A stretch of 61,904 nucleotides of DNA, counting the filler, from Platydemus manokwari (lineage: Eukaryota): assembly GCA_037951405.1 (NCBI GenBank). It is 5 parts of 5 records of this genome, joined end to end, with 100 filler letters (N's around TTAATTAATTAA, not from the genome) between each part and the next. Parts side by side here need not be neighbours in the genome. Positions count along the whole stretch, not along the records: positions 21,236 to 39,098 come from JBBMOY010699985.1; positions 39,199 to 51,516 come from JBBMOY010191117.1; 3 more parts are not named here. One strand, given 5' to 3'. The position numbers were made by a program, and so were the translations under genes. The notes beneath the pieces were generated by a model. It was not told where the DNA came from, searched no databases, and saw only the letters and a list, made by a program, of their open reading frames with translations. How positions within the stretch are numbered: the stretch's first letter is position 1; every line of letters starts with the position of its first letter. Positions 27,149 to 45,300 of this stretch are shown here, piece after piece.

Positions 27149-28837
27149 CTTTCAGGCTAAATCATTTAACCAACTCTAATCGATTTATTTAAATTTAAAT
27201 ATTGAACTTTCCTATCTTGTTAATGTTCTACCTCAGAAAATTTACCTAAGAAAGGTCTGCCTAGAAAATTTTAATTTTGATCTAAATTTAGACAAATAAT
27301 TAGTAATATTTTAGTTTATCCATCACACACACACACACACATATATATATACGTGTATGTTTTCAATAATTAACAAATATTCCTTGATTTATTTAATGTA
27401 GTACAAAAAGTAAAAATCATGGTACAACAGACCTGATTGAAATTAATATTGCAATTTTATAACACAGATAAAAATTGTATTCTAACAAAATCTCATGAGA
27501 ATGATGTACATTTAAAATTACAGAAGAAGAATCTATTAATTGAAGAAATTTGCAAATAAGTTTTTTCACCAATTTGGTTTTTAAGTTAGATATATATTAC
27601 TCGAAAATAAATAGATTTATTAAAATTTTGGTTAAACTTATTAAAACAAAATGATATCATATTTCAGCAGTGTACGTTATCTTTAATAAATTTATTACAA
27701 CGGAGTTTATTTTAACAAATATTATTCTGTTAAAATATTTGTTAATTATTTCATTATAATTTTATTTTAACTAGTATTTGATTTAAAGAATTGAAAGATT
27801 TTAACGAAATAATGGAAATAAAACTAATTGGAAAATACTGAAATCAAACCAATAACAAAATATATTTTAAACTAAATTAATTTTTATAAATGATTGGCAT
27901 AATTTCAATTCTTAATTTCATTAAAACATATCCTACCAACTCTACCTTTTTTTAATAATAATCATAGGTAGTAATTTCTTACTATTCTCTATCATTAACA
28001 ATGAAACGATAAAATTTTCCTCTTCATGTCTCGGTTATTTATTAAAATCTTACCAGCACCTTTCACTTACAAGTGAAAGTACATAATAGTTAACAAAGAA
28101 AATTATCTATATTTCCTAGTATTACGAGTGACAAATCATGCTTAAAAGCTAACGCAAATATTTCTCTTTTAACTTGTAGCGAAATTTTTACGTATAGAAA
28201 TCATATTAAAGATACAAAGACAATTTCATTGATGGAAACTAAACGCTTTTGAAGGAGAGACACTTTAAAATCATGAATATAAAAATGTTCTGAAAAAAGT
28301 TTTCTTAATGTTCTTGTTATTCATATGCCATAATTTTGGATAAAGTTTTGTTATATAAGCTAAATATAACTAAATTGGTACTGAATAAAAGCAAAATGAA
28401 ATAATAATGTTTATTTGAGTAAAGCAATAAATTTACAGTAAAAAAATATGTTTGGAAAGAGTGCTCTAGTGCTTACGCACTTTGGCATCCTACAACGAGA
28501 AAACATAACGTAAAATTAAATATTTCCAACATACTTGATATCTAGTGAATTTAAACAAAATATTTGGAAAATTGTATGTGATATTTATCAACTATTTAGT
28601 AAGAAATTAAATAAAATAAGTAACAATTAATGGCGAAACAAATAAGAAGAGAAAAACAAAATAAAAATACAAATACAAATAAAGAACAAATTACGTCATC
28701 AAATAAGTATTTTATAGGTAATGTTATTTTCTGATAATATTAGGGTAATTCATTATTTGTTGTAAATCAATGAAATGTTGCAATTTGGTTTTATTAAACA
28801 TGGTGAGTTACGACTTATTTTTAGTAATATTGATTTC

Positions 28838-28875
28838 TTTTGGGGTTCCCGTCGGAAAAAGGTTGAGAACCGCTG
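28838..28875. mobile_element. hAT (Charlie-like) terminal inverted repeat end
   Basis: AAAAAGGTTGAGAACCGCTG is the reverse complement of CAGCGGTTCTCAACC. Confidence 0.55.
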
Positions 28876-31435
28876 ATTTAGAGTAATAAATTTAGGTAAA
28901 AATTTTAATGAGGTTTGAAATTTTGCTGAAAATATAAAAAACAATTAAGCTTATTATTTTGAGATGGATAATTAATTATTGAGAAAAAAAGATATGTAAT
29001 AACAAATAACAAGCGATCAGATTCCCTATTCTTCACCTATACTAATTTATATTTTAAAATGTACATTTTTTACTTATTTGAAAAAACAATGCTTGTACCT
29101 TTGATTGTCTGCAAGTTAACACTAGTTATTTGATTGAGTTAAAATGGATGTGAATATTTAAAAACTTATAAAACATTTATGATTATAAATAAAGTTTGTT
29201 ATTGAATTCTTTGTTATTTGATTTTAATGGAAAAACAACTAATTGCACATATATCGCACAGAAGTCATGCCGTTGAGTTAGAACAATGATACTGAACAAC
29301 ACAGACAAACAATTTTATATTTTAAAAATTGTTGTTTTACTACTGACATTGTTTAAATTCTATTATAAATATGAATTACATGTAATCACTTTTTAAAACT
29401 TGTATCTCATTGTCGAATTTGATTTCAGTTATTTATCAGTAAATCTTTATAGTATCTTTAGCCTTAAAACTGGTTATCAGAAAAAATAAACTCAATTAAA
29501 TTCTTTAAAATTCAAAAATATATTAAATTCTGAAAATGCAAGAATTTACGTTTGGAATGAGAAATAAATAATTCTTGATAAAATTTGAAATCTTTATATT
29601 TATGACATTTATAATGGTTAGTTTTGTAGACTTATATGTTTTCTATAATGTTTTTTCAATATTTTAAAAAAACTAAAAATCACTATTTAAAATTAAAAAT
29701 TTCCTAACTTTAAAGTCGAGTTGAAATTTCATCAGTTGCATTTATATAATTATAAATACAATGACGTGATGAAGTATTTACAAGTCAAATAATCTATTAA
29801 GCAGAATAAAAATTTTCGCCAGACGAATATATTGTCTCATCGAATGCAGTTTACTTTTAATCTTATCAAAATCTCGTCATTAAATAATAAAGATCATTTA
29901 AATTAAAAACTAAAAACCTCATGTAGCGGATGAAAAATTCAAGATAACGAGTATAAAAGGTGATGAAAGAAAAAACAATTTTAAAATTAGAAAAACAAAC
30001 CAATGTTAAAAATTAGAAATATAATCATCAAAATATAACAATGAATAAATGGAATATGTTTTGACCAATGATAAACAAAAGATTTTAAAGGCAACCATTG
30101 GTGTTAATTAAACAAAGTTTATAGAAATTTATTGTCTCTCACATGCGAAGATGACGAATAAAGTTACTTAATAATTTTCAACTAAATTATTATATGCAAT
30201 ATCTCGTTCACAAATAAATAAATTAATGGCATTGGTTTGCATAACAGAAAATACATAATAATCCAAAAAAATTTTCATTTAAAAAATTAAACAGATATTT
30301 TGAAAAAAATTTTAAATTTATATCACCAAATATCCAAGATAGTCAGAAAAAGAAGCTAGAACAATATGGTTTCATTAAAATGAGTGTAATTATCAAATTT
30401 GCATATTAGTCACTGGTAATTGTCAGTAGATTTAATTTCCAAACTTTTTAATTTAAATTCTTAATTTTTTTTCATCAATCAGCAAATTGGTGACCAATTA
30501 ACAAATAATTGATAAGAATTACAAATTGGAAATGGTATTTACCCAATATTACTAACTAGTAGAAAAATATGTTAAACATGTCTCTTTTATTAATAGCTAC
30601 AAACATGAATAAATACAAAACATATAGAGGTACAATATATGATGAAAAATAAATACACTGTAATGATAGATAAAATAATGGTTGTCACTACAATACTCAC
30701 ACTCATCTATGTACAACAATATCTATGATAGTAGATATTATATCATAATCGAAACCAAATGCATCTCATTAAGGATATAAAACATTAGCAAATCATTCAT
30801 TGAGATCTACATTACCACCTGTATTTAAACATCAATTAATATTTGTGAGATAATTAACGAATCGTACAGTCCAGATCTTTATCCGAAATAAAAAAAAACC
30901 AAGTAAATCGTTGCAACAATATAAGCAATAATAATTAAATTGATAAATAAAAGCTTGTCACTGAAATATCCGAACTGCATAAAACAGATTCATTGATTGA
31001 ATCTACATATTTGTAACTACAATGCCTATACACCAGTTCACTACAACTGTTATTATTATTATTATTATTATTAACAAGGGAAATAAAACCAAAAATTTAA
31101 GCGCGAAACAGTAACCAATAATATTATCATTTTAGGTGTAATTGTGTTGTATTTATAAGTAGTACATACAGACAGGAAACGGTTGCAAATCATTAGCGCA
31201 AGATTGAAATCAAATAATAGTAATAATAATAATAATAATCACCAGACATATATATGGAGGATATCAACTGGAATAGTATCCATAAAAACGGAATTGGATA
31301 AATATTCATAATCAACGATGAAAACCATGGTAAAAGAATGAAGCTGCCAAATTTTAAATGAAAATCAAGAATGTCATAATAGCAACGTCTATTTTTAAAA
31401 TAATTTGTGGATTCCATATTTATATATTGCACTGT

Positions 31436-35081
<3,646 letters not shown>

Positions 35082-37139
35082 CTAATAAATTAGAGATAAT
35101 CCAATTAAAAATGTATAAATTTAAATTATATTTTAAAATAATCAAACCGAAATTCTGTCTTCATAAATATACCAAAAATTAATGAAAAATATGATGCAAT
35201 GCTTGTTTATATAATTACGAGATTAAGTTTTAAAAATAACTTATTTATAATCAACCAATTTCTCGATTAAACGTCTTATCAATAGGTTTATCTCTCAAGT
35301 AATTTAGAATAATTTATGGGTTAGCAGCAACAATGAAAACCTATTATAAAAAGAAAATAATTTCGAAAATTGTGAAAAGAATCTATATTATGGTACAAGT
35401 TCCAATCTGGCAATTGATGAATTTATAATTTTGAAAATGTTTTGACTCCAATAATCAATGCGATTAGTTTCGAAAATAGTTTCATATTTGAACAAATATG
35501 TTCTCAAAACATATATGCATAACAATATTTTCAAAGCCCATTATAAAATAAGTTTATTTCTCGTTACTAGATATAATAATCATGTCCGAATAAAAAATTC
35601 TCCAAGAAAATATATCAATGATTTTCGAAAATTTCAAACGATTTTATCCATTTGAAATATGATAAGAATAAAAACTTGACGAATTTCATTCATCGAAAAA
35701 AAAACTGACTATTTATTACTAAATGAGAAAAGTTAAATATTGAAATTAACATCGAAATGACTAAATAAGGAGAAAAGCGAATGATCGCAATTATTCACGA
35801 ATTCTTAAAACAGCACCAATTTCAATTAAATTTATGGGGCAATAAATTTCAGAATTACAGTAACTAGTCAGTTATTAATATTACAACAGGCCAAATTTTT
35901 AATCGATAAAGAAAGTGATTAGCTCGACAAATAAATGGATCAGATCTTCCAACTTATCGTAGAGATAACAAATATTCAAATAAATTAATTAATTAACATT
36001 GGGTAAAATGCGATGGGCATTACTGGCTAATTACAAATTTATTTCTGATGTTTGTCAAATTCTAACATTATACAAATTATATATATATATCCACAGATTG
36101 TCAGTTGTTGGTGCACATTTTCGATTTGTAACACTATTAAAATTACACATGATATATCAAAAATCGGTATCTATTAATTAAATCAAAATTCAAAAGAAAT
36201 GAATATGTTCGATAATACCAGCTTGAATATTCTCAAATTTATTATGAATGTCTACTATTTGTGAATATTAAAAAAATGACTAATAAAATATTACTGATAT
36301 ATAATGGAAGTATAAATATTTAATAATAATTTTCAATCGATATTTTATATTCGTGTTTATAACATTCAATGAATGTATCCATATATATTTTTGATATCAT
36401 TGTCATCAATATCACGTAATAATAATAATAATAATAATAATAATCAATTGATCTGCTTTTATAAGTATTTATAACATTTAATAAATATCTCATGTGTTTA
36501 TAATAAAATTCTATTAATAGATAATATTTATTTGGTATATTATCATGATTTTATAACGACAAAATTGGATATTTATCTATTTATATATAGGACAATGATT
36601 ATATGTATAATGCAAACATTTGTTTGTTTATAATAAGAAAATTATTTGAAAACAATTCGAAATAAATTGCAAAATATTACATCATCATCAAGCTGATCCA
36701 TTGATTTATTATCATATACATAGAGATATACATTTAATAATAATATCCAACTGTAATAACCAATAAAACTAAACATTCGAATAGAAATAATCATTTACCA
36801 ATAATGGATTGGCAATAAATATAACATAAAATATAAGATTGACAAACTCGGTACTGAAAAGAAACAACTAAATCAGAAATACCAGAAAATTCTAAACTTT
36901 ACTACTAGTTACTTAAAGATTCCCCACTAATTCTGAAGTTATATAAAAAAGATTTTATTTTCGAATCAACCTCTATAGCCTAATATATTAATCAACTTAA
37001 GTATCTTATTTTAATAATTTGACATGAAATAATTTTGAGCGTTTTTTCTTTAATTCAAATCTAATATAATAAATAGCAATAATATCGTCAATTTTACATT
37101 ATTTTACTATCGATACCATATCATATCTGTCTATTCTGA

Positions 37140-37500
37140 AAGCTTCTCGAGGATATTTTTACAAAAATGTGTAAACCACCAAGGTCATTCAGGTTAAGAA
37201 GAAAAGTTATAAAGAGGAATTTTACAAACTCATGGTCGTGTACTGGAAACATGGGTATAAAAAAATGATATTAAACTACAGAAACTTGGAATTCCACAAC
37301 AGCTAATCCATAAAATTGCAAAGAATTGCAAAAAATATAAAATCTCAACATCCTACATGGAATGGCAATTCCATTCAGGCTAAAAGAGTCCCGAAACAAA
37401 TCAAAACTTTACAGATCAAATTTTGAGGACCAACAGTGGAATCGGAAGATGATGATTTCTAATCGGGTGTGAAACGGATAAAATACGAAGTGTGATATTA
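37140..37500 (+). mobile_element. 3' fragment of an RLE-type non-LTR retrotransposon (R2/NeSL/R4-like)
   Basis: VLETWV*KNDIKLQKLGIPQQLIHKIAKNCKKYKISTSYMEWQFH resembles the C-terminus of restriction-like endonuclease ORFs. Confidence 0.4.
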
Positions 37501-39239
37501 TAGAGTCGATCATTTGAAAGTTTAACCTGGCTATCTTATTAACCATTGCTTTAAATAAACATTTGTTTTGTTTCTTAAGGTCTAACTAGATCTCTAAATA
37601 AAATGTAAAAACATCGATAAGCATGGTTATTTGTTTATCAATTATTTATTTGATTATTGATATATACCATTGTAACCGTAATTGATATTAATTTTCTTTT
37701 ATTGAATAACTATTGCAAATCATTTATAATAACTTTATTACCATTTATATACACACCAATTATTGTAGTCAGATTGCGTAGAATCATTTGATGATAGATC
37801 AATAAAAATATCTAACGCAAGCACAATTCTCATGCAAAAGTAAATCTCATATTAAGTAAGTGAAACTGTCCTGAATTATAAATTATCGTTTATATATCAC
37901 ACATTGTCTTGCTTTATAAAACTCCAACATGGATATCAGTAGATTGCGGTGTTGTGTTTCATTTCATATCGCTACAGAGTAAGTTAGTTTGAAATGTGGC
38001 TTGCTCGGTTGGGTTTAACGCATTCATTAGTGAATTTATTTATTTAATATTGGGCCTCCTCCCCATTTGATCTGGACTTATCAACTGTCAGCCTCCTAAT
38101 CGATAACCTCATTATAAGTTAAATTACTATTAATACTGACCGATTCATCAAAAATAATAAGATTATTTCTGTTTATCTCAAATTGTTGGCCACAATTTCA
38201 ATATTTTCATAACAATTCTGATAGAATATATTTCATAGAACAAAAAACTGATAAATTATATTGTGACAGGATTCACAACAATTATTTCTTATCCGATTCA
38301 AAAAAAATTACAAAATCAATAGAAGTGCAGTAATTTTTATAAATTTATCTATTCTATGATCTCAAGGGATTTTCCCAAACTGATATAATCGAGTAATATT
38401 ATTTTTTAAAATTCCAATTACTTAAATCATTTGCAGAACTGAAAAACTAAAATAGCCAATGGTTTACGTTAGCGATTGCAATGATAAGCATTAAGAATAA
38501 AATAAAGGAAATAAAGTTATAAATTAAAAATAAGATTTGTTTTTAAAATTATCATTTAAGGAAGCGTTTTGATGAAAATAATGAATGGGTTCATATCATA
38601 ATCAAACGATAAATGATAAAATGTATGAAGTATGAAATTAGTAAGTAGTAGATTAGATAGTGCATAATATCGACAATGATACGTCAGCAAATTTACAAAA
38701 CCACTATACCAGCAAGTCATCAGCAATGTTATAATTAATTTTAAAAAAACATAACAAAAATATATAAAAAATAAAAAATCTTTGGAAAATTCAGAAAAAT
38801 AAGGAAAAAACGAAAAACTTTTACATGAAATGTAAAAGCAAACTTTATAAAAAACAGAATCAAGTTTAGGAAACCAAATATCTGAATTAAGTTCTAAATT
38901 GAAATACAAATTGTTGTAGATCTTCTCTCGATTTTCTCAACGGATAAATTTTTACCGTCATTCATAATGCAATATCTTTTTTAGTGCTAGAAACAGAACA
39001 TTATTTTTCATTTATATAATTATTTATCGGTTTTCTTTTTGTTTCTAGCTTTAAATATCAGAAGGAATTTAATATGAATAATTCATGGAATATTTTGGNN
39101 NNNNNNNNNNNNNNNNNNNNNNNNNNNNNNNNNNNNNNNNNNTTAATTAATTAANNNNNNNNNNNNNNNNNNNNNNNNNNNNNNNNNNNNNNNNNNNNAA
39201 ATAATGAAATATTAGGCATACCATAGCTATAATAAATAA

Positions 39240-39428
39240 CTGTACGGATAATTTTGACAAGCTTAGATTTAAAATTTTCAATATAAACTAATATTATTTA
39301 AACAAATACATGTAATATGTAAAATTCTTTATTATATATCAATGTGGTATTAATTAACAAGTGAAAAAAATTAAAAGTTTTTTATTATCAAAAAATCATC
39401 TGTACGGATAATTTTGACAAGGGCTGTA
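39240..39428. mobile_element. Tc1-like IR/DR terminal inverted repeat end
   Basis: The direct repeat CTGTACGGATAATTTTGACAAG occurs at 39240 and ~39400. The terminus is ...GGGCTG|TA, i.e. TA-CAGCCC on the other strand. Confidence 0.6.
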
Positions 39429-40072
39429 TATCACATGATATTATCACAAAAAAGCAAATTAATGGACCTGCTTCTTAAAAGCTGAACTGTGAATTCATGG
39501 AGCGCAGTAGTGTCAATTAAAATCATCAGCTCATAATCATTTTACAACATCTTATTTCTGAATAAAACATTTAATGCTGAAATGAATTTTTTCTTTAATT
39601 TTTTGTCAAATTATTGTTGTCTAGCAAACAATGGTTTTGAAAGCTAAATGGAGGAAAGGGATTTTGTCACTCAAATGAAACAAGTAATACAGAAAACAAC
39701 ATGGTATTATATGATAGATTAGTGAATGGTAAAAGTCTCATTCGTAACATCTACAGTTTCAAAGACTTTTATCCTGAAAATTACAAGGGTTTCTCGTCAT
39801 CATTAATTTTAAAAATTTGTTCATATCAAAGATAAACTTGTCATTGTTGATGTCGGCATAACTCATATTTAAAATTCATTAACTAGTTAGTGTACATGTT
39901 CAATACAAAACATTTTCCTAAAATAATATCACATTTTTTTATTGATGTACAATGCAATCAGTGGGGATATCAACAAATAAATATTTACAATGCGTGCAAA
40001 GGGTTTAGAATATGTATGAAGTATATCAATTGAAATATAAATTCACTTGAAGAATGAAGCCAATAATGCACT

Positions 40073-40813
40073 CTATTGATGACTGAGGTGGTATTCTTGC
40101 CATACATCTTAACTATCTTTCAGTTTAGTCGGGAGAGAGGTGAATGCAAATTTAGGTAAAACACATTGTTTCATAGCATCATCGTAATAAAAAGATTTAC
40201 AATTAATAATTTTAAGACATCTAAAATTAATAGTTTTGAAAGTGATTTATAATTGTGAAAATCATTTACAATGATTTACAATAAGATTTAGATTTCGCAT
40301 TGATTATTTTATCACATTCGATTTTTTCATCATTATTATAAAGGTTGATTATATCGATTTTAAGGTTTTTCGAAATTATATTTGTAAGATTTACACTCTC
40401 ACTTACACTACTACGTTTGTGAGAACAAAGAAAATTGACAACACTTTTATAATGACTTTGCGAGCCGTCTTCACTTCCACCATGAACATTCTGTTCACCA
40501 TTCTTCTAATTTTTGTATCATTAGATAATGATCCATCAGGATTCATCCAGCCTGTTTTATTGTTATATCGTTCGTTGAACAAACCAGTCATTCCTTAAAT
40601 AAATAAAGTGTTGTCAGGAAGACATGACTAAAAATTCTTTGATTCTATCTCCAGTGCCAATCTTCCATTCATTGAATAACATCATTCAGTAACTTGACAA
40701 CATGTTCACTCTTGATCTTACTAATAATAGCACAGTGGTCGACATAGTTTGTAATTGATTTTCTATATTGGTCCTTCTGATTGGAAAAAGAACAAGATGG
40801 CATAAAATATCAT
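40073..40813 (-). pseudogene. C-type lectin + PAN paralogue, pseudogene
   Basis: Colinear with 47721-48462, including the intron position (SCLPDNTLFI*GMTGLFNERYNNKTGWMNPDGSLSND), but with many in-frame stops and a frameshift. Confidence 0.85.
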
Positions 40814-40999
40814 TTTAGAAATGACAAAAATACAAAAATGAATTTTTTCCATGTTCTTTATTTTTAACCAATGAAAATTGATACTAAAACTTATTGATTT
40901 TATATCTTATTTTCTCAGCAGTAGTATTCCTGTAAATATTTGAAATATTTGCAATAATTTATTTAATTTTCGCGTCATCATTTTTTCATCAATCATTTT

Positions 41000-42680
41000 C
41001 TATTTGATTTTTATAATACAAGGTTTTGACGGCCAACATAGCAATAGTTAAATAAGTTTTACGTTTTTATTTAGCTTTGACAATTTGACTTTCTGTAATT
41101 AAATTTGAATTACTGAAATCAAACCACAAAATAAAATATTTTTTATTGCTTTATCAATATCCAGATACTTTCTAAAAACATGATTTTGATATCGGTTTTT
41201 CATTGGCTAATTTATTTTTATTCTCAAATTTTGATTCATGTTAGATTCTTTACTTATTTGAGATATATGTTCATATAATTATAATTTATAATTTAAAAAA
41301 ACAAATATAATTTGTCTTATATTGCAGGAGTGCCTCGTTTCTTTAATTCTAAGATCATTATCAATTTCCGTCTAAATTCATCAGAAATCACAAAACATTA
41401 TTTTTGTCTCTTACACAATCTCTATTTCTTTATTTTAAAAATTCTTGGTCTGGCTTAGCAATATTCCAAATATAATTTAAAGTTTGTCTTGGTTAAATTT
41501 TGTAATGATATACGGGTTCGTCTACAATAAATGATAAATTATTTCTTTTTACTTTAGTTTTTTTATTTTAATGATAAAATACATGATTGGGATGTATTTT
41601 CAAATCTTTGGCTTGCTTCCAGTGAAATGGATTGAATATAAAAGATTTGTTTGCAAAAATTTCTTTCTAATCTCGTAATACATTGTCTTGTTTTGTCTAG
41701 TTTGATTGTCCTGGTTTCGCATTATTAGCTATGCCATACTTCTTCATTAATACAGCTATATCTACAAATTTTCAATATCTACAACTTTGCAACTAAATCT
41801 AAATTTTTGAGTGCTATAGTTATTAGATTTCTGAATACATTTCAATATCGAAAGCAGTTTCTTATCATGGTTTATTGATAAATTTCGAGCATTTGTAAAT
41901 ATATTTTATGAAGAAGTAGTCAATTTTATTAATTAGACAAGTCGAAAGTTAAATATCAGATAAGTGACATTAACCCTGCTTCTGCTACTTATGTTTTTCT
42001 GACAAATAATTTCAATAGGACAATGTGCATGTCTCAAGATATTTTTCTTTTAAATTTAGGTGCATTTTCTCGATTTTCAGACGAGATTATCATTTAAAAA
42101 TCTAATTATAGTATGCTATGTTTATTTGAGAGATTTCCAGTCGTATTTTGATGCTAGCATAAATTTGCTTTAATACAGCATAAATGATTTTCTGTGAAAA
42201 AGAAACTATATAAGAGCATTATATTGATTTAAATATCAACTTTGATCCATCCATTTGCAATTCCTATCTCTCGAGGGTTGAATACTGATTCACGTTTTCC
42301 TTAATATTGTCCTAATATTATTGTAGTATTATTATATCCATTAAATTAGGTATATGTCAGTTGCATTGTCTATAATCTACCTGATACAATAGCCTGTTGC
42401 ATCAATATTTCCTCTTAGTGTATATGTTTTAAAATTTAAAATAGAACCATGTTATTGTTAAAAAAATAACAATTAAAGTGATAATATGGAATTAAAACTT
42501 GTGTGACTGTGACGATAAATTATATAAATCAGATTAATTTTCACATAATTGAAGTCAAGGCATCATGGATTTGTATTTAACTAAACAAAAAATTTGTAAT
42601 TTCTACTTTGTCGAAATATATCAGTATTTCTCAAAATTCCTCTATCAATTCTGATTAATATAAATTTGATAAAATGAATT
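41000..42680 (-). mobile_element. Degenerate LINE ORF2 (APE/linker) remnant, duplicated at ~48650-50000
   Basis: The two stretches are clearly homologous. The minus strand shows LSFAYLNA (APE start-like) and K/R-rich linker remnants with many stops. Confidence 0.4.
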
Positions 42681-42961
42681 GTTTCAATATTTCGACGAAT
42701 TATTATTGTCTAGCAAACATTAGATTTAATAGCTACTTTCAGTACTTTTTAATAATTAGATTCTTAAAGGAAATAGTAAATGACTTATAATCAAACATGG
42801 GAGATTGTGCACCTTCAAGTATCAATAACCATTGAGGTTGTTACAATAAAATGAAAAAATATATAAATTAATGAAAACAGTGTATTATCAAATGTTTTAT
42901 AAAATCCAGGCTTGTCTTAAACAATTGTGGAAACTGGTACTATTATCAAATTAAGTGAAAC

Positions 42962-42998
<37 letters not shown>

Positions 42999-42999
42999 A

Positions 43000-43530
43000 C
43001 ATGTTATGGGATTCGCGCTATTGATCAAAGTATTTAATGATAGCAAATCAGATTTACAAATAGCTGGTGGATTCTCGATTAAAAAACAGAAGACCAACTC
43101 GATAAGGTTTTCAGTTTGATTAAATCTTTAGGTTACAAAATTATTTCAAAAATATGTGCTTTTTGGAACCAGAAATTTAATTTCTTGGGTTAAACGATTA
43201 TTACAGAAGGTATAGACTAATAAAGACAAGGTAAAGAAGATTTAGAAAGCTATAAAACTTCAGTTGCATAACCAAGTTTAGGTCGTTCATAAGATTATGC
43301 AATTATTTGGGATGATGACCAGTTGTGACAAGTATTTTGTATAGACTACAGAGTGTGAGGAAGGTTTTTTAAAACTAAATGAACAATTTTGCACAACGCC
43401 GATTTTGGCCTTACTGGATCAAAACATAGATATGGTTTTAGAGACCGGAGCAATTGGCGAAGTTCTAGCCTATTGGTCTTACACTCAAAGAGAGCGACTA
43501 GTAGTCTATGCTTCTAGACCTCTTGACAGT
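43000..43530 (+). mobile_element. Ty3/Gypsy RT-RNase H remnant
   Basis: Degenerate translation LDKVFSLIKSLGYKI..KICAF...FNFLG*TIITEGI...FRSFIRLCNY...CEEGFLKL...TTPILA...LETGAIGEVL...VVYASRPL. Confidence 0.75.
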
Positions 43531-44229
43531 ATGCAAACTTATCTGGATTCAATTTCAAATTTCAATATCAAAACAGATCAGATCATGGCAATGCAGATAT
43601 ATAGAAGTATTTTATTAGCAATGCTTAAATCAGTACCTAGGTGCAAATAACGACAAACCAAACGTCGATTTATTAATGTTATCAAACATTCAATTTGCAA
43701 ATAATGACGAACTAATGAAGATTCAACAAAAAGTTATAAGAATAAGAAATTGCGATACGTTTAAGAATAAAGCAAGAATTTACCTCCACATACCATTACC
43801 AGGCAACTGGCTTAGCCTAAAGGATTATTAGGAGAGTCCTAGACATGGTTGTAAAAAAGCTGGTATTAGGTTTTAGATAAATTAATACCTCAGACAGATA
43901 TTATCGTCAATGCAAATGATTGGAGCTCAATTCAACATTCTCATTTTGAATTATTGTTTAGACATGAATTAATATGCATTGGTCACGATTAAATGAACCA
44001 AACCACCACGACCAGATCATCAAAGAAATAGAATACCAGCTAAAATCAGTAGCCACTAGCTTAAGAAAAGTCGCTGCTACAAAAAATCATCATCAAATTA
44101 AGTATATCTATTATAAGTTGGTTTTGTATTTAAATTTTTGGATAATGATTTTATAAAAACAATAATGATATATTTTCTCGTTTTCTAATATTTTCCACTG
44201 TTTTTCCAAAAAAAATTTTTTTCATTAGC

Positions 44230-45300
44230 TTCTAAATATCTCTTCCAAAATCACTTCTTCTTCTTTTTGTTCTTAGATTCGTGTTTGATTGGATATATTT
44301 TTTAATCATGATTTATGTACAAATAGTAGTATTCTATTTACCCTTTTATACTCCATTTCCATTTTAAAAAAGAATTGCAGATTTCTATAGTGAACAACAA
44401 ATTGAATTTTGTCCTAATATCTTGAGCTCTTTAAAATTCCCTTCTGTTATTTCATTTAAATTTAATTTATAATATAAACATTTTATTGGTAGTAATTTAT
44501 TTCATTTAATATTTCAAATGAAGTTATATAGTCATAAAGATAAACTCTTTTCGCTTTGATAATGGATAAAATTTTATTTTCATTTCCAGTGTTTAGTAAT
44601 ACTGTTTTTAATTCTATAAATTCTTCATCTTTCATGGAATTACTAATCTTATCTAAAGGACAGTCTTAATGTGTCTGTAAATCTAAATCTAAATCGTAAG
44701 AAATATAAATTTCTTCTTTTTATGGTAACGTTTTTAAATTGTTTTCAAATTTCTTTGCAAATTCCTTTATAACTAGATAAAAAACAAATTTAATTCTATT
44801 AGTAAAATACAATGGAAACTCATAATGGAAACACTCAACTCCTCTATAATTGCTTTTTTCTAAATAATAATAGTGATTTAAAACTTTAATTTCTGTATCT
44901 ACAACTATTATAAAAGGAGTGGGTATTTCATATTTGATTTTTGAAATTTAGAATATTGCTAAGGGTGGAACTTCGTTCATTTTCATTGTCTTTATTACTT
45001 ATTTTATTACCTTCTTTTCAGAATATTCGTTGAAAATTTTCAAAACTAGTTTCTATAACAAACTGCGAATAACATTTATCACAGACATTTATTTTTTGGT
45101 TTGGTCTTAGTTTATAATTTAATTATCTACTCATAAATCGTTTAAAAATTGTATTGAATTATAATGTGTTATACGATATTTTTCTAAATATAACAAATAG
45201 ATATCTTGAATATATTCTTATTTTATAGAAATAGAGATTGGAAATAATCTATATTTTTTCCTTTCTTCTTTCTCCTTTTTTTCTTTTCCAATTTTAAAAC
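44230..45300 (-). mobile_element. Maverick/Polinton protein-primed DNA polymerase B remnant
   Basis: Degenerate motifs IYLLYLEK...HYNSI, CDKCYSQF and YEIPTPFIIVVDTE (cf. PFVIYADFE exonuclease I of Polinton pPolB). Confidence 0.55.

Noticed and set aside
38556-38909. 117-aa hydrophobic ORF
   Set aside because: The F/L/Y/I bias is what AT-rich non-coding DNA produces; no motif.
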